From Octopus sinensis (lineage: Eukaryota): DNA of 64,000 nt. A model generated the notes under the pieces. It ran no database searches. It was not told the origin of the DNA and saw only the letters and a program-made list of their open reading frames with translations. The stretch covers positions 80,228,001 through 80,292,000 of the forward strand of contig NC_043001.1 in assembly GCF_006345805.1 (NCBI RefSeq), written 5' to 3'. Shown here in pieces: positions 1-14,970 of the stretch (positions within the stretch are counted from its first letter, which is position 1; each line of letters starts with the position of its first letter). The position numbers were made by a program, and so were the translations under genes.

Positions 1-2721
1 GGCCATTTACTGTGTGATTTTGTATGAGAAATGTTCAGCGGAATAAACAGCGACAATGTAAGTCAAACATCAGCGACAGAAAAACTAATTCCAATATCAG
101 AAGGAATTTGTTTAGTGACTCGAGAAAACATCAACATATTCTGTCACTACCAGTATCGTCATCGAAGTAATCACTTTGTGGTAGCTAAATCTGCTGGAAA
201 TAACACACTAATTACTTCAAATCGCACCCTATCGTCATAAAAATGGACACATCCAATAATATATTCTTAGTACAATATGACTGAAATAAGAATAAGAAGT
301 AATGGTCGTGGCTGGAGTGCTTTACTAAGTCATGGATAATCTATTGTAGGTCGATCAAAAACAACGGCCACCTCTACCACCAACTACATATCTACAACTA
401 CCACCCCAAGGATAGTGATACGGTGTTAAGACAAAATCAAGATGACTGCTTAGGGGATGAAAAATGATTTGCATCCAGTATAATTGGGGATATTATCTGC
501 AAGGCACATTGATAACATAAGTTCAAACACTCAGGCACATCATTGAATGTCTTCTTTTTTTTGTTGTTTATATACGTACGAGTCAGTATTATTGTTTGTA
601 AACATGCATGTATATATGCACATGCATTGCAGTTTATATGTAAATATAAATGAGAGAAAGAAAGAGAAAGAGAGTGTGTGAGACAGAGAGACTGAATGCA
701 CATTTCTTTGAATATACACAATAATATAAAGATATCTCTATACAACATATTCAGCTGCTATAAAGCCGACATCTGAATAAATGTGTTTGTAAACATGTGT
801 GTGTGTGTGTGTGTGGTGTGTGTGTGTGTGTGCGTGTGCGTGTGTGTGTGTGTGCGTGCGTGCATGTGTGTGTGTGTGTGTATACATGCATATATATTAC
901 AGTCATCTATGCATCTGGCTGGCTATGCATACATTTACCCATATGAGTGTGTGTATACATACATATGTGAATCTGTGTGTGTATATACATATATTTATAT
1001 ATATATATACATAGACAAACTTATATCGATATATGTTTGTATAAGCATACATAAGCATACATACATGACGTAAAAACAATAATGTATGTGTATGATTGTA
1101 TGTGTATATAATTTGATTATATCACTGTCTAACTTTTATGAAATAACGTTTAATAGAATTTGTATGTTTGTCTAGAGTTGATTCGATATTTCGGACAAAC
1201 ATAAATTCTATTAAATCGGATTCAACAAGGAGAATATGATAACATAACAACAAGAAGAACAACAAGAACGACAATAATAATAATAATAATAATATAATAA
1301 TAATAATTCGATCGTGACTCCTATGGTTGTGATGGTTATGATGATGACCGATGATCACGATGATGAATGCCGTTATTCCTTTCAAATATATATATAATAT
1401 CGTTTCATGTATGATATCATTGCAGCGATGCAAAAGAATAGAAAAATCTCATGTGATATTATGAAACCATTAACTTACAACCATTCTTTCTGTTTCGTAA
1501 ATATATATGTTTTTACTTAATTATTAGTTATTATTATTATTATTATTATTGTTGTTGTTGTTGTTGTTATATTTGTATTTATCATAGCCACTGATCGAAG
1601 AATCAGTAAAGCGATTGGTCAAAATACTTTGCGGTATTTTAGTTAACTTCGATGTTATATTTTAAATTCGGTACAGTCGATCTTTGTATTTTAGTTTCCC
1701 AGGGTTCCAGAGTTCCAAGGCTCACAAAATCCATCTTTCTATAGACACCATCATCATCAGTTTACCCCTGACTGGCGACATGCGCTGATCTCTGTTTTTG
1801 CCTACCATTTTTATATTCTCCCTCCAAATTTGTATTCACGCATTAATGTAAGAACTTCGATGCCTTGTGTATAAAATTCCTTAATAGGCAACATACTCTC
1901 ACCAAAGAATCATTGTGGGCGAGTACAAAGATGTTTCCTTGCTGCAGTCATCCGAGTTTCTTTTTTTTTTTTTTTTTCACAAGACATTACCTAGACGACC
2001 TTGAGAACTAAGAATGTACAGATCGGAAACAAATACTGCAAAGCGTTTTATAAATGTCAACAAATTATACAGTATTTACAGTTACAGTAGAAGAAACTTG
2101 TCCAAGGTATTGCGCAGTGGGATCAAACCTCAAGGACGGGGACACAAAGCTAACCTTTTATCCACTGAGGCGTGCCTGTGTCCTTCCATACCAGTAATAT
2201 ACTCTGAGCTATGCAAGTGTTACCGCTACCTAACCTAGAATTAAATATATTTCCATGTGACTGTACCACAGAAATCATTAATTTTGGTGATGATTAAAAA
2301 GGCGATCTGACAGAATCGTTAACAAATATTCTTAGTAGTATTTCCAGATTTACGTTCTGAGTTCAAATGCCACCGAGGTCGGCTTTGTCTTTCATCCTTT
2401 AGGGGCTGTTACAATCGAATAGTCCCCTACCCTGCAAATTTCAGGCTTTGTGCCTATAGTATAATGCTATGTATAAAGCATTATTTCTGGCGATGATGAT
2501 AATGAGGTACGGTGGGGAAAAGAGGGAAACGAGTAGGGGAATTGGGGTGGAGGATGAAGGGAGGAAGAAGATGAAGCGGAGGAGAAGGATGAAGGGGAGG
2601 AGGAGGAGGAGAGGGGAACAGAAGGTTGAAAATGTGACGGGAACATGCTTCTGTATTTCTCATTCATTTATTTTGTTTTATCTATTTTATTTATATATTT
2701 TGTTTTAAATATTTCCTTTAT

Positions 2722-2960
2722 GTAAGGTGGTGAGCTGGCAGAATCGTTAGCACGCCGGGCAAAAAGCTTAGCGTTATTTCGTCTGCCGTTACGGCCTGAG
2801 TTCAAACTCCACCGAGTTCGACATTGTCTTTCATCTCTTCGGGATCGATTGAATAAGTACCAGTTACGTTCTGGTGGTCGATGTAATCGAGTTAAACCCT
2901 TTGTTTGTCCTTGTTTATCTCCACTATGTTTAACCCCCTGTGAGCAATAAAGAAATAAAT
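2722..2960 (+). mobile_element. tRNA-derived SINE, window family B
   Basis: Head 'ggtggtgagctggcagaatcgttagcacgccgggc', body 'gagttcaaactccaccgagttcgac', A-rich tail 'gagcaataaagaaataaat'. More than 10 related copies in the window. Confidence 0.8.
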
Positions 2961-3827
2961 ATTTTCTTTATGTATTTACGGCGCAGGCGTTGCTGGGTGG
3001 TAAGAAGTTTGTTTACAAATCGTTATTGCTCCGAATTTAGTCCCACTGCGTTGCACTTCAGTTCTTTGTTAAGGCGGCAAGCTTGCAGAACAGTTAGCAT
3101 GCTGGGCAAAATGCTTGGCGGCATTTCGTCCGAGTTTACGTTCCGAGCTCAAATTCTGTCAAGGTCGACTTTACCTTTCATCTTTTCAGAGTCGATAAAA
3201 TCAGTAGCAGTTGAGCACTGGTGGCGATGTAATCGACTAGTCCCATCTCTCAAAATGGCTGCCCTAGTGGCAAAATTTGAAACTAATATCTTGTTTATGT
3301 ATTTAATCCAGTCATAAAACTGCGTTTTCTATGACCTTATAAGGTAACAAAAGCGCTGGATTTCTTCAGTGTAATTCCTACTTTCTTCCTTCCCTCCTTC
3401 TTTCCTTCCTTCCTTCATTCCTTCCTTCCTTCCATCCATCCATAAACAGCTACTTTATCATTTACATTCCCCACCGCAACGCTTTACCATTTCTTTTCAT
3501 TTGCCTTTATTCTATTAACTGAGAATGTCTTTACGCAACAAACACACACACCCGCATACACAGACATTCACACACACAGACACACATACACACACATGCA
3601 CACACACATGACACGAAGAAGCGACGATAGAGGGTTAAGCACCTATGCGCACGAATATACATATACACACGTTAACATTCGTGTGTATATGTGGGCATAT
3701 ATATATGCATGTGTATGTACGTGTATAGAGAAAAGTATTCAGATCTTTGCCTTTCATGTGGCTTTTCTAAAAATTATCTATTTTCCTGTCAAATCCATTA
3801 TCATACATATATGATAATATGTTATAT

Positions 3828-3879
<52 letters not shown>

Positions 3880-4183
3880 GTATGTATGTATGTATATGTA
3901 TCTATGTATTATGTAATATATATATGTGTATGTGTGTATATGTAATGTATAGGTATATATATATACATACATATATTATATGTACGTATTATGTAATGCA
4001 TGATATAAATATATACATAATATGTGAATGCGTGTGTATGCGCTAATATATATGTGGGTATATCTACATGAAACACATACCATCTATGTACATATATACG
4101 TATGTATACGTAAACAAAAATATTTTTATTTGTGTGCGTTTTATTTGTGTGTGTATGTATGTATAATTTCATGTATATATACA

Positions 4184-4266
<83 letters not shown>

Positions 4267-4664
4267 TGTGTGTACATATGATGCACGGGTTTCGATGTAT
4301 GTTGGTGTAACTTTGTATGTGTTAGTGTGTTTGCGTCTTTTATCGGTTGTCATTTCCTCTTTTCAATCATGTTTGTTTTCCTTTTTTTCACTTGGTTTTG
4401 AAACAAAAAATTGAAAAAGATAAAGAAAACCACTCAAACAATAATGGCAACAGAAGAAAAATATGACAACAATAATAATAATAACATCAAGAAAAATGAG
4501 TGGTCAGACCTTTTTGATACAACTCTCAGAACATCAGCAGTCTTTAGTCATCTATACCGTAAATCTTACATCACGAATATTCTCCTCAGCTATACTCTGG
4601 CTTTCAAACACACGCACATTCACACGCAGGCATGCACACACATACACACACACACACACACACA

Positions 4665-4706
<42 letters not shown>

Positions 4707-4825
4707 TACGCACACATTCACACATTCGCACAAATTGTTTCATGTACACCATGTTTGCTTGAATGTGTGCGTGTATGCGTGTGAATGTGTGTGTGTATCA
4801 TATCATATTATATTGACAGCTACTT

Positions 4826-5152
4826 CCTCGGTTACGACGACGAGGGTTCCAGCTGATCCGATCAACAGAACAACCTACTCGTGAAATTAACGTGCAAGTG
4901 GATCTTCAGATTTACGTGCAAGTGGATCTAAGGTGCATCTACTGATACGTGTGCCTTTAACGTAGTTCTGGAGGAAAATTCACCGCGACAAAAAATATGA
5001 CAAGCCTGGTCTTTTGAAATACAGGTACTGCTAATATTCGCCAGCTGAGTGGACTGGAACAGCGTAAAATAAAGTGTCTTGCTCTAGGGCAGGACGCGCC
5101 GTTGGATATCGATCTTACAGCCTTACGATTGTGATCCAAATATCATAACCAC
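4826..5152 (-). mobile_element. CORE-type SINE with a 3' tail shared with family D
   Basis: Minus strand reads tRNA-like head, then CORE-like 'ctagagcaagacactttattttacgctgttccagtccactcagctgg', then the tail also seen at 24387-24570 ('ctggaaccctcgtcgtcgtaaccga'). Confidence 0.65.
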
Positions 5153-5428
5153 TAAAACCACTCGCTTTCAAACATTATATGTACACGCCCGCACACACAT
5201 ATATATATATATATTATATGTACATATATGTGTGTATATAATAATTCTTTATGATGTTGGTACAAGGCAAGAATTTTTTTAGGGAAGAGGGTTAAACGAT
5301 TACGGAGTCCCTTGTATCTGAATCTAACTTTATTTTTACGTTATCACGAACGGATGTAAGGCAAAGTTGTCCTCCTCTGTAATAACAGATACACACACAC
5401 ACACACACACATAGATGCACACAAGCAC

Positions 5429-5474
<46 letters not shown>

Positions 5475-6055
5475 GTATATATATTGTATGTAACGAACTT
5501 TGGATGTGATGTAACAAACATTTTTAAAGCTACTATCGGCATAGTCGACAGCAGCTTTTCCTGGTTTTTTCGAAATTTGCATATCGACTACTATCGACAG
5601 TAAATGAATCTTAGTAGAATATATAATTACGAGTAACAAATATTTTCAAACTCAAACGCTCAACTGTCTAGTTAACAAGTTCAATTCGTGATTACGAGTT
5701 TTCAGGTTCAGTTCCACTACACGAAATTTTGTACGAAATGTTTTCTGCCATAGTTTTACATTGACTACTGTTAAGTGCTTATCGAAATCTTCATCGAAGC
5801 CGGTAGAACCGTTTGTGCTCTAAAATGATAGATATAATCCATCAACAAATTTGCAGAATAACACTTAACCAGTGGCTACTTGGTCGGTGTCTGACTGCTC
5901 AGTAGCTGAATCTGGTTTATATTACTCTGTTCCAAACGCTATGGTCACGGTTCCAGTCAAAGAAATATTTTTACCATTCCATTGATAAAATTGGGAAAAA
6001 TATTTCTTTTAGTTTCGTTTTATCGAGTTCATACAAACTATTTCAAATTTGTCAG

Positions 6056-6205
6056 AATATTGGCATCAGACTGTCTCACAAACTAAATACCAATACCAAA
6101 CACAGAACAATAAATGTAGACAACTCCATTGATGATACTGCAGTTTCTAGAAAAATAGCTAGTATCAGTAAAAGACTATTAAGTAATACAGTGGTGAATT
6201 TTCAG
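6056..6205 (+). CDS. Candidate 150-nt internal exon of an unidentified gene
   Basis: Acceptor 'tttcaaatttgtcag|', donor '|gtaaat', 50 open codons (NIGIRLSHKLNTNTKHRTINVDNSIDDTAVSRKIASISKRLLSNTVVNFQ). No recognised homology. Confidence 0.2.
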
Positions 6206-7180
6206 GTAAATGTTTTTTTTCTGCATCTGTAACAAAATGGGGTGATTACAGGGGGCATAACATCAAGCTTAACACAAGTGTTTCTACTGATTAGCTTGTT
6301 TTTTAGATTGTGTACTTTTGCTTATATTTTGTACTTGTGTGTGTGTGTGTGTGTGAATGTGAGTGTGTGCGTGTGCACGCGTACGTGTTTGTGTATGTAC
6401 AGTCAGAGAATATGGATGCAATGAATTATCTGCTAATGACAGATGAAGTTACCTAAAGATTTGCAGACAGAACATCATAGAGACGATTTTTTTTTTACTA
6501 CGAGAGGCACAACGCCTGAAGTTTTGGGTACAAGGTGCAACTAGATTTCATCGACGCTGGTGCTTAACTTGTTCTTATTTCAGTGACCCCGCGAGTACTG
6601 AAGACAATGTCGGGCTCGATGGAATTTGAACTCAGTACGTAAAGCAGAACGAAATGCCGTTGAGCAATTTGTCCAGTATGCTAACGATTCTGACAGGTAG
6701 CTGCTTTTCAACATCATTAATATATTAAAAGCGCGGAAGCGTCACTTGCTGTGCTTCTTATATACGTTATAGTCCATATGAGTAAAATCTGTGCATGTGT
6801 ACCTATGTCTGTGTGTGCACATGTAAATATGAGACGTCATGTTCTTTTTATGCAAATTTCTTTAGGTTTAAAGAATACAGATGTTTTTACACCATTTCCT
6901 TCATGTTTTCTGAGATGTCCCTTAAAAATTTAAATTGGGATACGAATTACACGCAAAAAATACTATTCACGCATACGCTGGAACATACACACACGCACAT
7001 ACAGACTCACGCATACACGCACGCACACACAATACACAAATATATGCATATATGTATAAATATGCATACATATAAATATATATATATACATATATATAGA
7101 TATATACATATGAATATATATATGTATATATATATATATGCATATATATGTGTATATATGTATGTATGTATGTATATATG

Positions 7181-7294
<114 letters not shown>

Positions 7295-7310
7295 TACATA
7301 TATATGTGTG

Positions 7311-7351
<41 letters not shown>

Positions 7352-8017
7352 TAGAAATGTTTCAAAAAGAAAATAGAAACTACACGTGAAAAAAATATAG
7401 GGAAAGTAAGAAGAAAAAAAGGAAAATACCCATTGGATATTTAAAAAATTAAAAGTAACGATAGACATATACAATTAGAATGGACAGAGGTAGAATGAAG
7501 AATAATAAAAGTCATTATTATGAATTGTTGAAAAGATTCAGTTATCCCGGTATCGTCAATTGCCGTTCACTGGCCTTGAATGTGCACCGTTTACCAAACG
7601 GTGTTGGGTCTACTAGTCCACGAGTGAAAAGATTATGTATAAGGGAGGTAAGTAGTTCTGGACGTGGTGCAAATAGAGTAGATATAATACTGTAGTATGA
7701 ATGGTGTATGGGAGTTAGTGGTATTATTGGTAAGATTAGTAGTGTCCTGTAAAAAGTTATGTGTTCATGTTAAGTTGTGGATAAAGTTTAATGATGAAAG
7801 TTTAAAACCGAAAATTATCCAAAGACTACTGGAAATGTAAATTTTAATTAATTTCCATTTCCATTTGATATGATTAAATACTGTAAGCCTTTGGATAAGT
7901 TGGCGGTTTTTATTATGGCCAGCGGAGGACTGCGACTGCGCAGTAAATTTTGAAAAAGTTAGGACGTATAAACACGAGACAAGTAGCTTTGATTGTCCCG
8001 TGCGAATACGTTTAACC

Positions 8018-8095
8018 CTAGGTTGGAACTGCTGAAGAAGATCAAACCTTGACTCGCTAAAATAAGATCAGAAACCAATTGGTCCAGGAAACTAG
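8018..8095 (+). ncRNA. Type I hammerhead ribozyme motif
   Basis: Core CTGAAGA 8032-8038; stem II gatc/gatc; GAAA 8071-8074; palindromic stem III ccaattgg; GUC with C at 8084; stem I ctg/cag plus ctag(g)tt/aactag. Confidence 0.75.
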
Positions 8096-8324
8096 ATGGT
8101 AAAATGCTTTTCATTTCTAAATTTATTCCTGTCGAATTTTATCCCTAATTTTTGTGGTTATAGAACCTAGCTCTTCTTTCTAGCGTGTAGAATCCCGAAA
8201 AGTGGATTCTCTATGTGTTTAAATATACACTATATCGTATGACTAATATATAGTCTTTTTGACTTCATTTTTTACACGTTAGACCACAAGAAAAGTAAAT
8301 TTTAATTAATTTCCATTTCCCTTT

Positions 8325-8393
<69 letters not shown>

Positions 8394-8536
8394 CACATAT
8401 ATATACATACATACATATATATATATATTATATATATATATACGCATGTATATATACATTCATATATATATATATATGCATTCATGCATACATAGCTACA
8501 TACACATATATATACATGTATGTGTGTTTCTTTGTA

Positions 8537-8650
<114 letters not shown>

Positions 8651-8699
8651 TATATATATTATATATATATATATACACATATATACATATATATGTGTG

Positions 8700-8738
<39 letters not shown>

Positions 8739-9404
8739 TAGAAATGTTTCAAAAAGAAAATAGAAACTACACGTGAAAAAAATATAGGGAAAGTAAGAAG
8801 AAAAAAAGGGAAAATACCCATTGGATATTTAAAAAATTAAAAGTAACGATAGACATATACAATTAGAATGGACAGAGGTAGAATGAAGAATAATAAAAGT
8901 CATTATTATGAATGTTGAAAAGATTCAGTTATCCCGGTATCGTCAATTGCCGTTCACTGGCCTTGAATGTGCACCGTTTACCAAACGGTGTTGGGTCTAC
9001 TAGTCCACGAGTGAAAAGATTATGTATAAGGGAGGTAAGTAGTTCTGGACGTGGTGCAAATAGAGTAGATATAATACTGTAGTATGAATGGTGTATGGGA
9101 GTTAGTGGTATTATTGGTAAGATTAGTAGTGTCCTGTAAAAAGTTATGTGTTCATGTTAAGTTGTGGATAAAGTTTAATGATGAAAGTTTAAAACCGAAA
9201 ATTATCCAAAGACTACTGGAAATGTAAATTTTAATTAATTTCCATTTCCATTTGATATGATTAAATACTGTAAGCCTTTGGATAAGTTGGCGGTTTTTAT
9301 TATGGCCAGCGGAGGACTGCGACTGCGCAGTAAATTTTGAAAAAGTTAGGACGTATAAACACGAGACAAGTAGCTTTGATTGTCCCGTGCGAATACGTTT
9401 AACC

Positions 9405-9481
9405 CTAGGTTGGAACTGCTGAAGAAGATCAAACCTTGACTCGCTAAAATAGATCAGAAACCAATTGGTCCAGGAAACTAG
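9405..9481 (+). ncRNA. Type I hammerhead ribozyme motif (second tandem copy)
   Basis: Core CTGAAGA 9419-9425; GAAA 9457-9460; ccaattgg; GUC with C at 9470. Confidence 0.75.
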
Positions 9482-9711
9482 ATGGTAAAATGCTTTTCAT
9501 TTCTAAATTATTCCTGTCGAATTTTATCCCTAATTTTTGTGGTTATAGAATCTAGCTCTTCTTTCTAGCGTGTAGAATCCCGAAAAGTGGATTCTCTATG
9601 TGTTTAAATATACACTATATCGTATGACTATATATAGTCTTTTTGACTTCATTTTTTACACGTTAGACCACAAGAAAAGTAAATTTTAATTAATTTCCAT
9701 TTCCCTTTGAG

Positions 9712-9755
<44 letters not shown>

Positions 9756-10171
9756 CATACACATATATATACATACATACATATATATGCATATATATAT
9801 ATATATATATATATATACGCATGTATATATACATTCATATATATATATATATGCATTCATGCATACATAGCTACATACACATATATATACATGTATGTGT
9901 GTTTCTTGTATTCATATATATATATATATTATATATATATATATATATATACATGAATGTATGTAGTATGTATGTATGTATGCATGTATACATGTATGTA
10001 TGTATAATATAAAACATAGTTGCTCAATGACAAGAATTGAAACATAATGAATACAACAACGATGAAAACAAAAATATTAACAATGTACACAACACCGATA
10101 ACAGCATCACTCCCAGCGACAACAACTATATCAACTCTAACAACAGGAGCAATGAAAATATAATAATAATA

Positions 10172-10224
<53 letters not shown>

Positions 10225-10507
10225 ATTAATAGTAATAGTATTAATAACAATAATAACAATTATTATTATTATTGTTCTTGTTGTTATCGTTATGGGGACT
10301 TGAAGTTGGAAAAACATGGTACACAATCATCGAGTCGAAAGAGTATTAGAAACGGAAAAAAGTAAAATTTTGAGGGATTTTCTTATTCAAACGGATTAGA
10401 AGTATGAAAATAATAGACCAGATATAACAATTACCCACATAAATCCTATCAGAAATAAAACCGAACCATGCCTAACCAAAATAATAATTATGAAAATAAT
10501 AATAATG

Positions 10508-10546
<39 letters not shown>

Positions 10547-10562
10547 TAATAATAATAATAAT

Positions 10563-10720
10563 TGCTTGTCAGTCCTTTGACCTTCGCCAGTTGAGTATAT
10601 TTCGTTGTGATGCATGTGCCTGGTGTACCCTTATCAGACGGGTAGTCATAATGGATATACTGGGCTTCGTATATTTTATCACGGTGTCACTTTGATGGCA
10701 TGCACTGCTCTCTCACTCAA
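10563..10720 (+). mobile_element. Non-coding (TAA)n-associated element (family C), short internally deleted copy
   Basis: Ends 'tcactttgatggcatgcactgctctctcactcaa' just before the (TAA)n tract. Matches the copies at 14968, 18798 and 21258. Confidence 0.75.
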
Positions 10721-10731
10721 CAAGGATAATG

Positions 10732-10804
<73 letters not shown>

Positions 10805-10828
10805 TGATGATGATGATGATGATGATGA

Positions 10829-12284
10829 AACCCAAGTCGGTTCCCTCGTTGATACGGTGAATACCTTCACTCCTGATATCAGTATGGAATTCGGACTGAG
10901 AAAGTGTGGTGTCTTAGTCTTGAAGAGAAGCAAAATCAAATGTATGGACGGGTTAACGATACCGTCGGGGGTGGTTATGAAGTAGATAGGAGAAATGGGC
11001 TATAAGTACTTGGGGATTTTGGAAATGGATAAATTGATGGAGAAAGAAATGACAGAAAAATGTAGGGTGGGGTACTTTCGTAGACTGAGACTGATCCTAA
11101 AGTCGAATAAGATCGAAACTATCAACACCTGGACGGTTTCACTCCTTAGATATGGAGCAGGGGTACTCGCATGGACAGTAGACGAACTAAACAGCTTAAA
11201 CAGAAAGTCAAGGAAATTGCTAACTAGATATGGGACATTCCACCCAAAAAGTGACACAGACAGACTGCATGTACCAAGAAAAAGAGGGAGTAGAGGACTT
11301 ATTGGATGCGAACACATCATTAGAGCAGAAGAAAACAACATAGCATGGTATGTAAAAAATGCCACAGAACCTCTATTACAAGAAATAAGAAGGTCAGGCT
11401 TTTGTAGGATGAAAGATTGCAAAGATAAAACACTATACAAGAAATTGAAAACGAATGAAACTGAAAATAGGTGGGTAAAGAAAAGAATGTATGGTCAATT
11501 TCAAAAGGATGTTGAAGATAAGACAGACAGAGATAAAGATAAAACCCAGAAACGGAAACTCTAATCTCTGCTGCCCAAGAGCAAGCACTAAGAACAAACT
11601 ACATAAAATACAGAATAGACAACACATCAGAAAGTTATAGTGCAGAATCTGTGGACAGAACGGTGAAACCGTATGGCATATTACCAGCCAATGTACGTCC
11701 CTAGCCCAGAAGGAATATAAGAGACGCCACGACAATATAGCCAGGCTTGTCCATTGGACACTTTGTAACAAATATGGACTTGACAGAGCAAAAAATTGGT
11801 ACGACCACAAACCTGAAGGCATCGTCGAAAATGGAAATGCAAAGATCTTATGGGATTTTATGATTCAGTGCGACCACGAGATAGAGAATAGGAAGCTGGA
11901 CATAGTCTTAGTTGAGAAAGAAAATAAACTATGATCATAGATATAGCATGCCAAGCTGACAACAAGGTATGCGACAAGGAAGAAAGAAAAGTCGAGAGAT
12001 ATGACAGGTTAGCTTGGGAAGTTAAGTAGTTGAGGTCGATGAAAAAGGTTGCAGTAGTACCAATAATTGTCGGAGCCCTGGGAACATGAGTAAAAATCTC
12101 GAGAATTACATGGAACAAATAGGGGCTGCAAAAAGGGTGGAGAACTTGCAGAAAACAGCACTGCTTGGAATCGCTCGAATACTGCGGGAGGTGCTCGAAA
12201 AATATGAGTTGTTACCTTAGTTCACTGGTAGTGAACATCTGACACTGTATTACATCTCCAGCGTTAAAAGCTGTGCAAATGCAG
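10829..12284 (+). mobile_element. R4/Dong-type non-LTR retrotransposon, 5'-truncated, decayed (family 1)
   Basis: Post-YxDD RT 'MEFGLRKCGVLVLKR' and 'YKYLGILE', 'FHPKSDTDRLHVPRKRGSRGL', CCHC region 'CRICGQNGETVWHITSQC', RLE region 'NRKLDIVL'. Stops and frameshifts present. Flanked by (TAA/GAT)n and (TAA)n. Confidence 0.85.
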
Positions 12285-12340
12285 TAATAATAATAGTAAT
12301 AATAATAGTAATAATAATAATAATAGTAATAATAATAGTA

Positions 12341-12412
<72 letters not shown>

Positions 12413-12414
<2 letters not shown>

Positions 12415-14875
12415 GACTAAGCAACTGGAAGGCAACTGAGCATGACAAGATCCCCAACTTCTGGTTGAAATATCTAACAGGAATGCACAAAAAGCTGGCT
12501 GAAAACTTTAACAACATACTGGCAGAGCCAGAGACACTGCCTGAATGGCTCACGAAGGGGAAAAACCATATTATTTCCCAAATCAAATGACACAGCAAAA
12601 CCAGAAAACTACAGACCTATAACCTGTCTCCCTACAATGTACAAAGCATTTACTGCAATAATATCGCAAAGATTGAACAAGCACCTGGACGAAAACAACC
12701 TGTTTCCAGAAGAGCAGAAAGGATACCGCAAAGGCTCATATGGCTGTAAAGATCAACTAATGATCAATAAGGGCCATAACTGAAGAGGGCCACAGAAAGA
12801 AGAAAGGCCTCAGTATAGCCTGGATCGACTACAAAAAGAAGTTTGATAGCATCCCCCACACATGGATCCTCGGAACACTACCCATTAACAAAGTTGCACC
12901 AACAATTATAAAATACATAGGACACTATGAATAAATGGCAGACAGTGCTACTGCTCCAAACAAAAGAAGGACTTGTGAAAACCAAAGCCATCCCCATTAG
13001 AAGAGAAATATTCCAGGGAGATACGCTCTCTCCACTCCTTTTCTGCTTGGAACTGTCACCTCAATCGGATATGCTAAACAGAACTGGATGCGGATACAAA
13101 TGTTACGGCAAATCGATCAACCATCTTTTATATATGGATGACCTAAAACTATACGCTACAAATGACAAACAGCTGGAAACACTACTAAAGACAGTTCATG
13201 GATTTACCAAAGAAATATATATGAAATTTGGATTAGAGAAATGCGCCAAAGTAACCCTGAAAAGAGGAAAACTAGTTAAGAGTAGCAACATCACACTAGA
13301 TAAAACCAATGAAATAAAAGAATTAGACCAAAGCCAAACTTACAAATACTTAGGAATCCATGAACTAGATAAGACGCAACACACACAATTGAAAGAGAAA
13401 ATAAAAAAAGAATATTATAGACGAGTTAGATCAATACTAAAAACAGAGCTCAATGCTAAAAACAAGATAATAGGTATCAACACTTTAGCCGTCCCAGTTA
13501 CAAGTTACAGCTACAATATCCTTAAATGGACAATAAATGAACTGACCAAAGTAGATAGGAAAACAAGAAAAATAATGACAGGATCTAGGATGCATCACCC
13601 AAAATCTGACATAGAAAGGCTATATGTACAACGTATAGGAGGTGGTAGAGGCCTTATACAGCTGGAAAACTACTATAAAATAACCACCATAGGACTGCAA
13701 AAATATCTACTTCAGAAGGAAGGAAAACTGATACAAATAGCGGCAAAACACGAGCAAAACAAAAAACTGTTCTCAGTATTTAAGGAGGCTGACAAATACA
13801 AACAAGAAATCATACCACCTAACAAATATGAAGAAGAAGAAGAAATAGAAGAAGAAGAAGAAGAAGAAGAAGAAGAAGAAGAAGAAGAAGAAGAAGAAGA
13901 AGAAGAAGAAGAAGAAGAAGAAGAAGAAGAAGAAGAAGAAGAAGAAACAACAAAAGCTATAAAACAAATGAAATCCAAACTAAAAATAGAACAGCAACGA
14001 ACCATAATAAAACGATGGCAAGAAAAGCCCCTTCATGGTAAATACTGGACTAAACTAAATGCAAAAGAAATAGACAAAGAAAAATCCCAGCAATGGTTAA
14101 GAAGCTCAGGACTCAAAGCAGAGACAGAGGGATTTTTAATTGCAGCACAAGACCAAAGCCTCCCCACCAGAAATTACCAAAAACATGTAATGAAAAGAAA
14201 TATAACAAGTAACTGCAGAATATGCGGAGATGGACAAGAAACAATAAATTATATTATCTCTGGCTGCCCAGTCCTGGCTAAGAAGGAATATATTCACAGA
14301 CACGACAGAGTTGGGACCTATATACACTGGACACTATGCAACATTATGGAATAACAACACAAAAAAAAATTGTATAAGCACACACCAGAAAAGGTCACAG
14401 AAAACGAGAAAGCAACCATACTCTGAGATATGCCAATACACACAGATACAGAAATTAAGGCCAACAGACCAGATAGAGTTATCAGAGATCATGAAAAAAA
14501 AATGTTTTCTAATTGATGTATCAATACCAGCGGATGACAACGTGTCTCTAAACGAAATGGAGAAACTTTCAAAATACAAAGACCTGGAAATAGAGGTAAC
14601 CAGAATGTGGAATCTAAAAACAGAAACAATTCCTATCATAATAGGTGCATTAGGCGTGATAAAAACATATTCAGACAAATACATAACAAAAACACCAGGA
14701 CTTACAAACACATATAACATACAGAAAATTGCACTACTAGGCACTGCACACATCCTACGCAGAACACTTTCCATACAATAACCATCAGAGCATCACAAAA
14801 AATCACAGCACATACCCAAGGCACACAGAGCTGCGCTCGGTAGTGAAGTGAAAGCACGCTATAAAAAATATACTA

Positions 14876-14880
<5 letters not shown>
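12413..14880 (+). mobile_element. R4/Dong-type non-LTR retrotransposon, 5'-truncated (family 2)
   Basis: RT 'ENYRPITCLPTMYK', 'WIDYKK', 'IFQGDTLSPLLF', 'YMDDLKLYA'; CCHC 'CRICGDGQETINYIISGC'; RLE 'RPD...FLIDVSIP...KLSKYKDL'. (TAA)n on both sides. Confidence 0.92.
12927..14354 (+). pseudogene. Largest open fragment of the R4/Dong RT ORF (475 aa), with an in-frame poly-Glu expansion
   Basis: ORF track contains QGDTLSP, YMDD, YKYLG and the zinc knuckle. Frameshifts at both ends. Confidence 0.85.
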
Positions 14881-14967
<87 letters not shown>

Positions 14968-14970
<3 letters not shown>

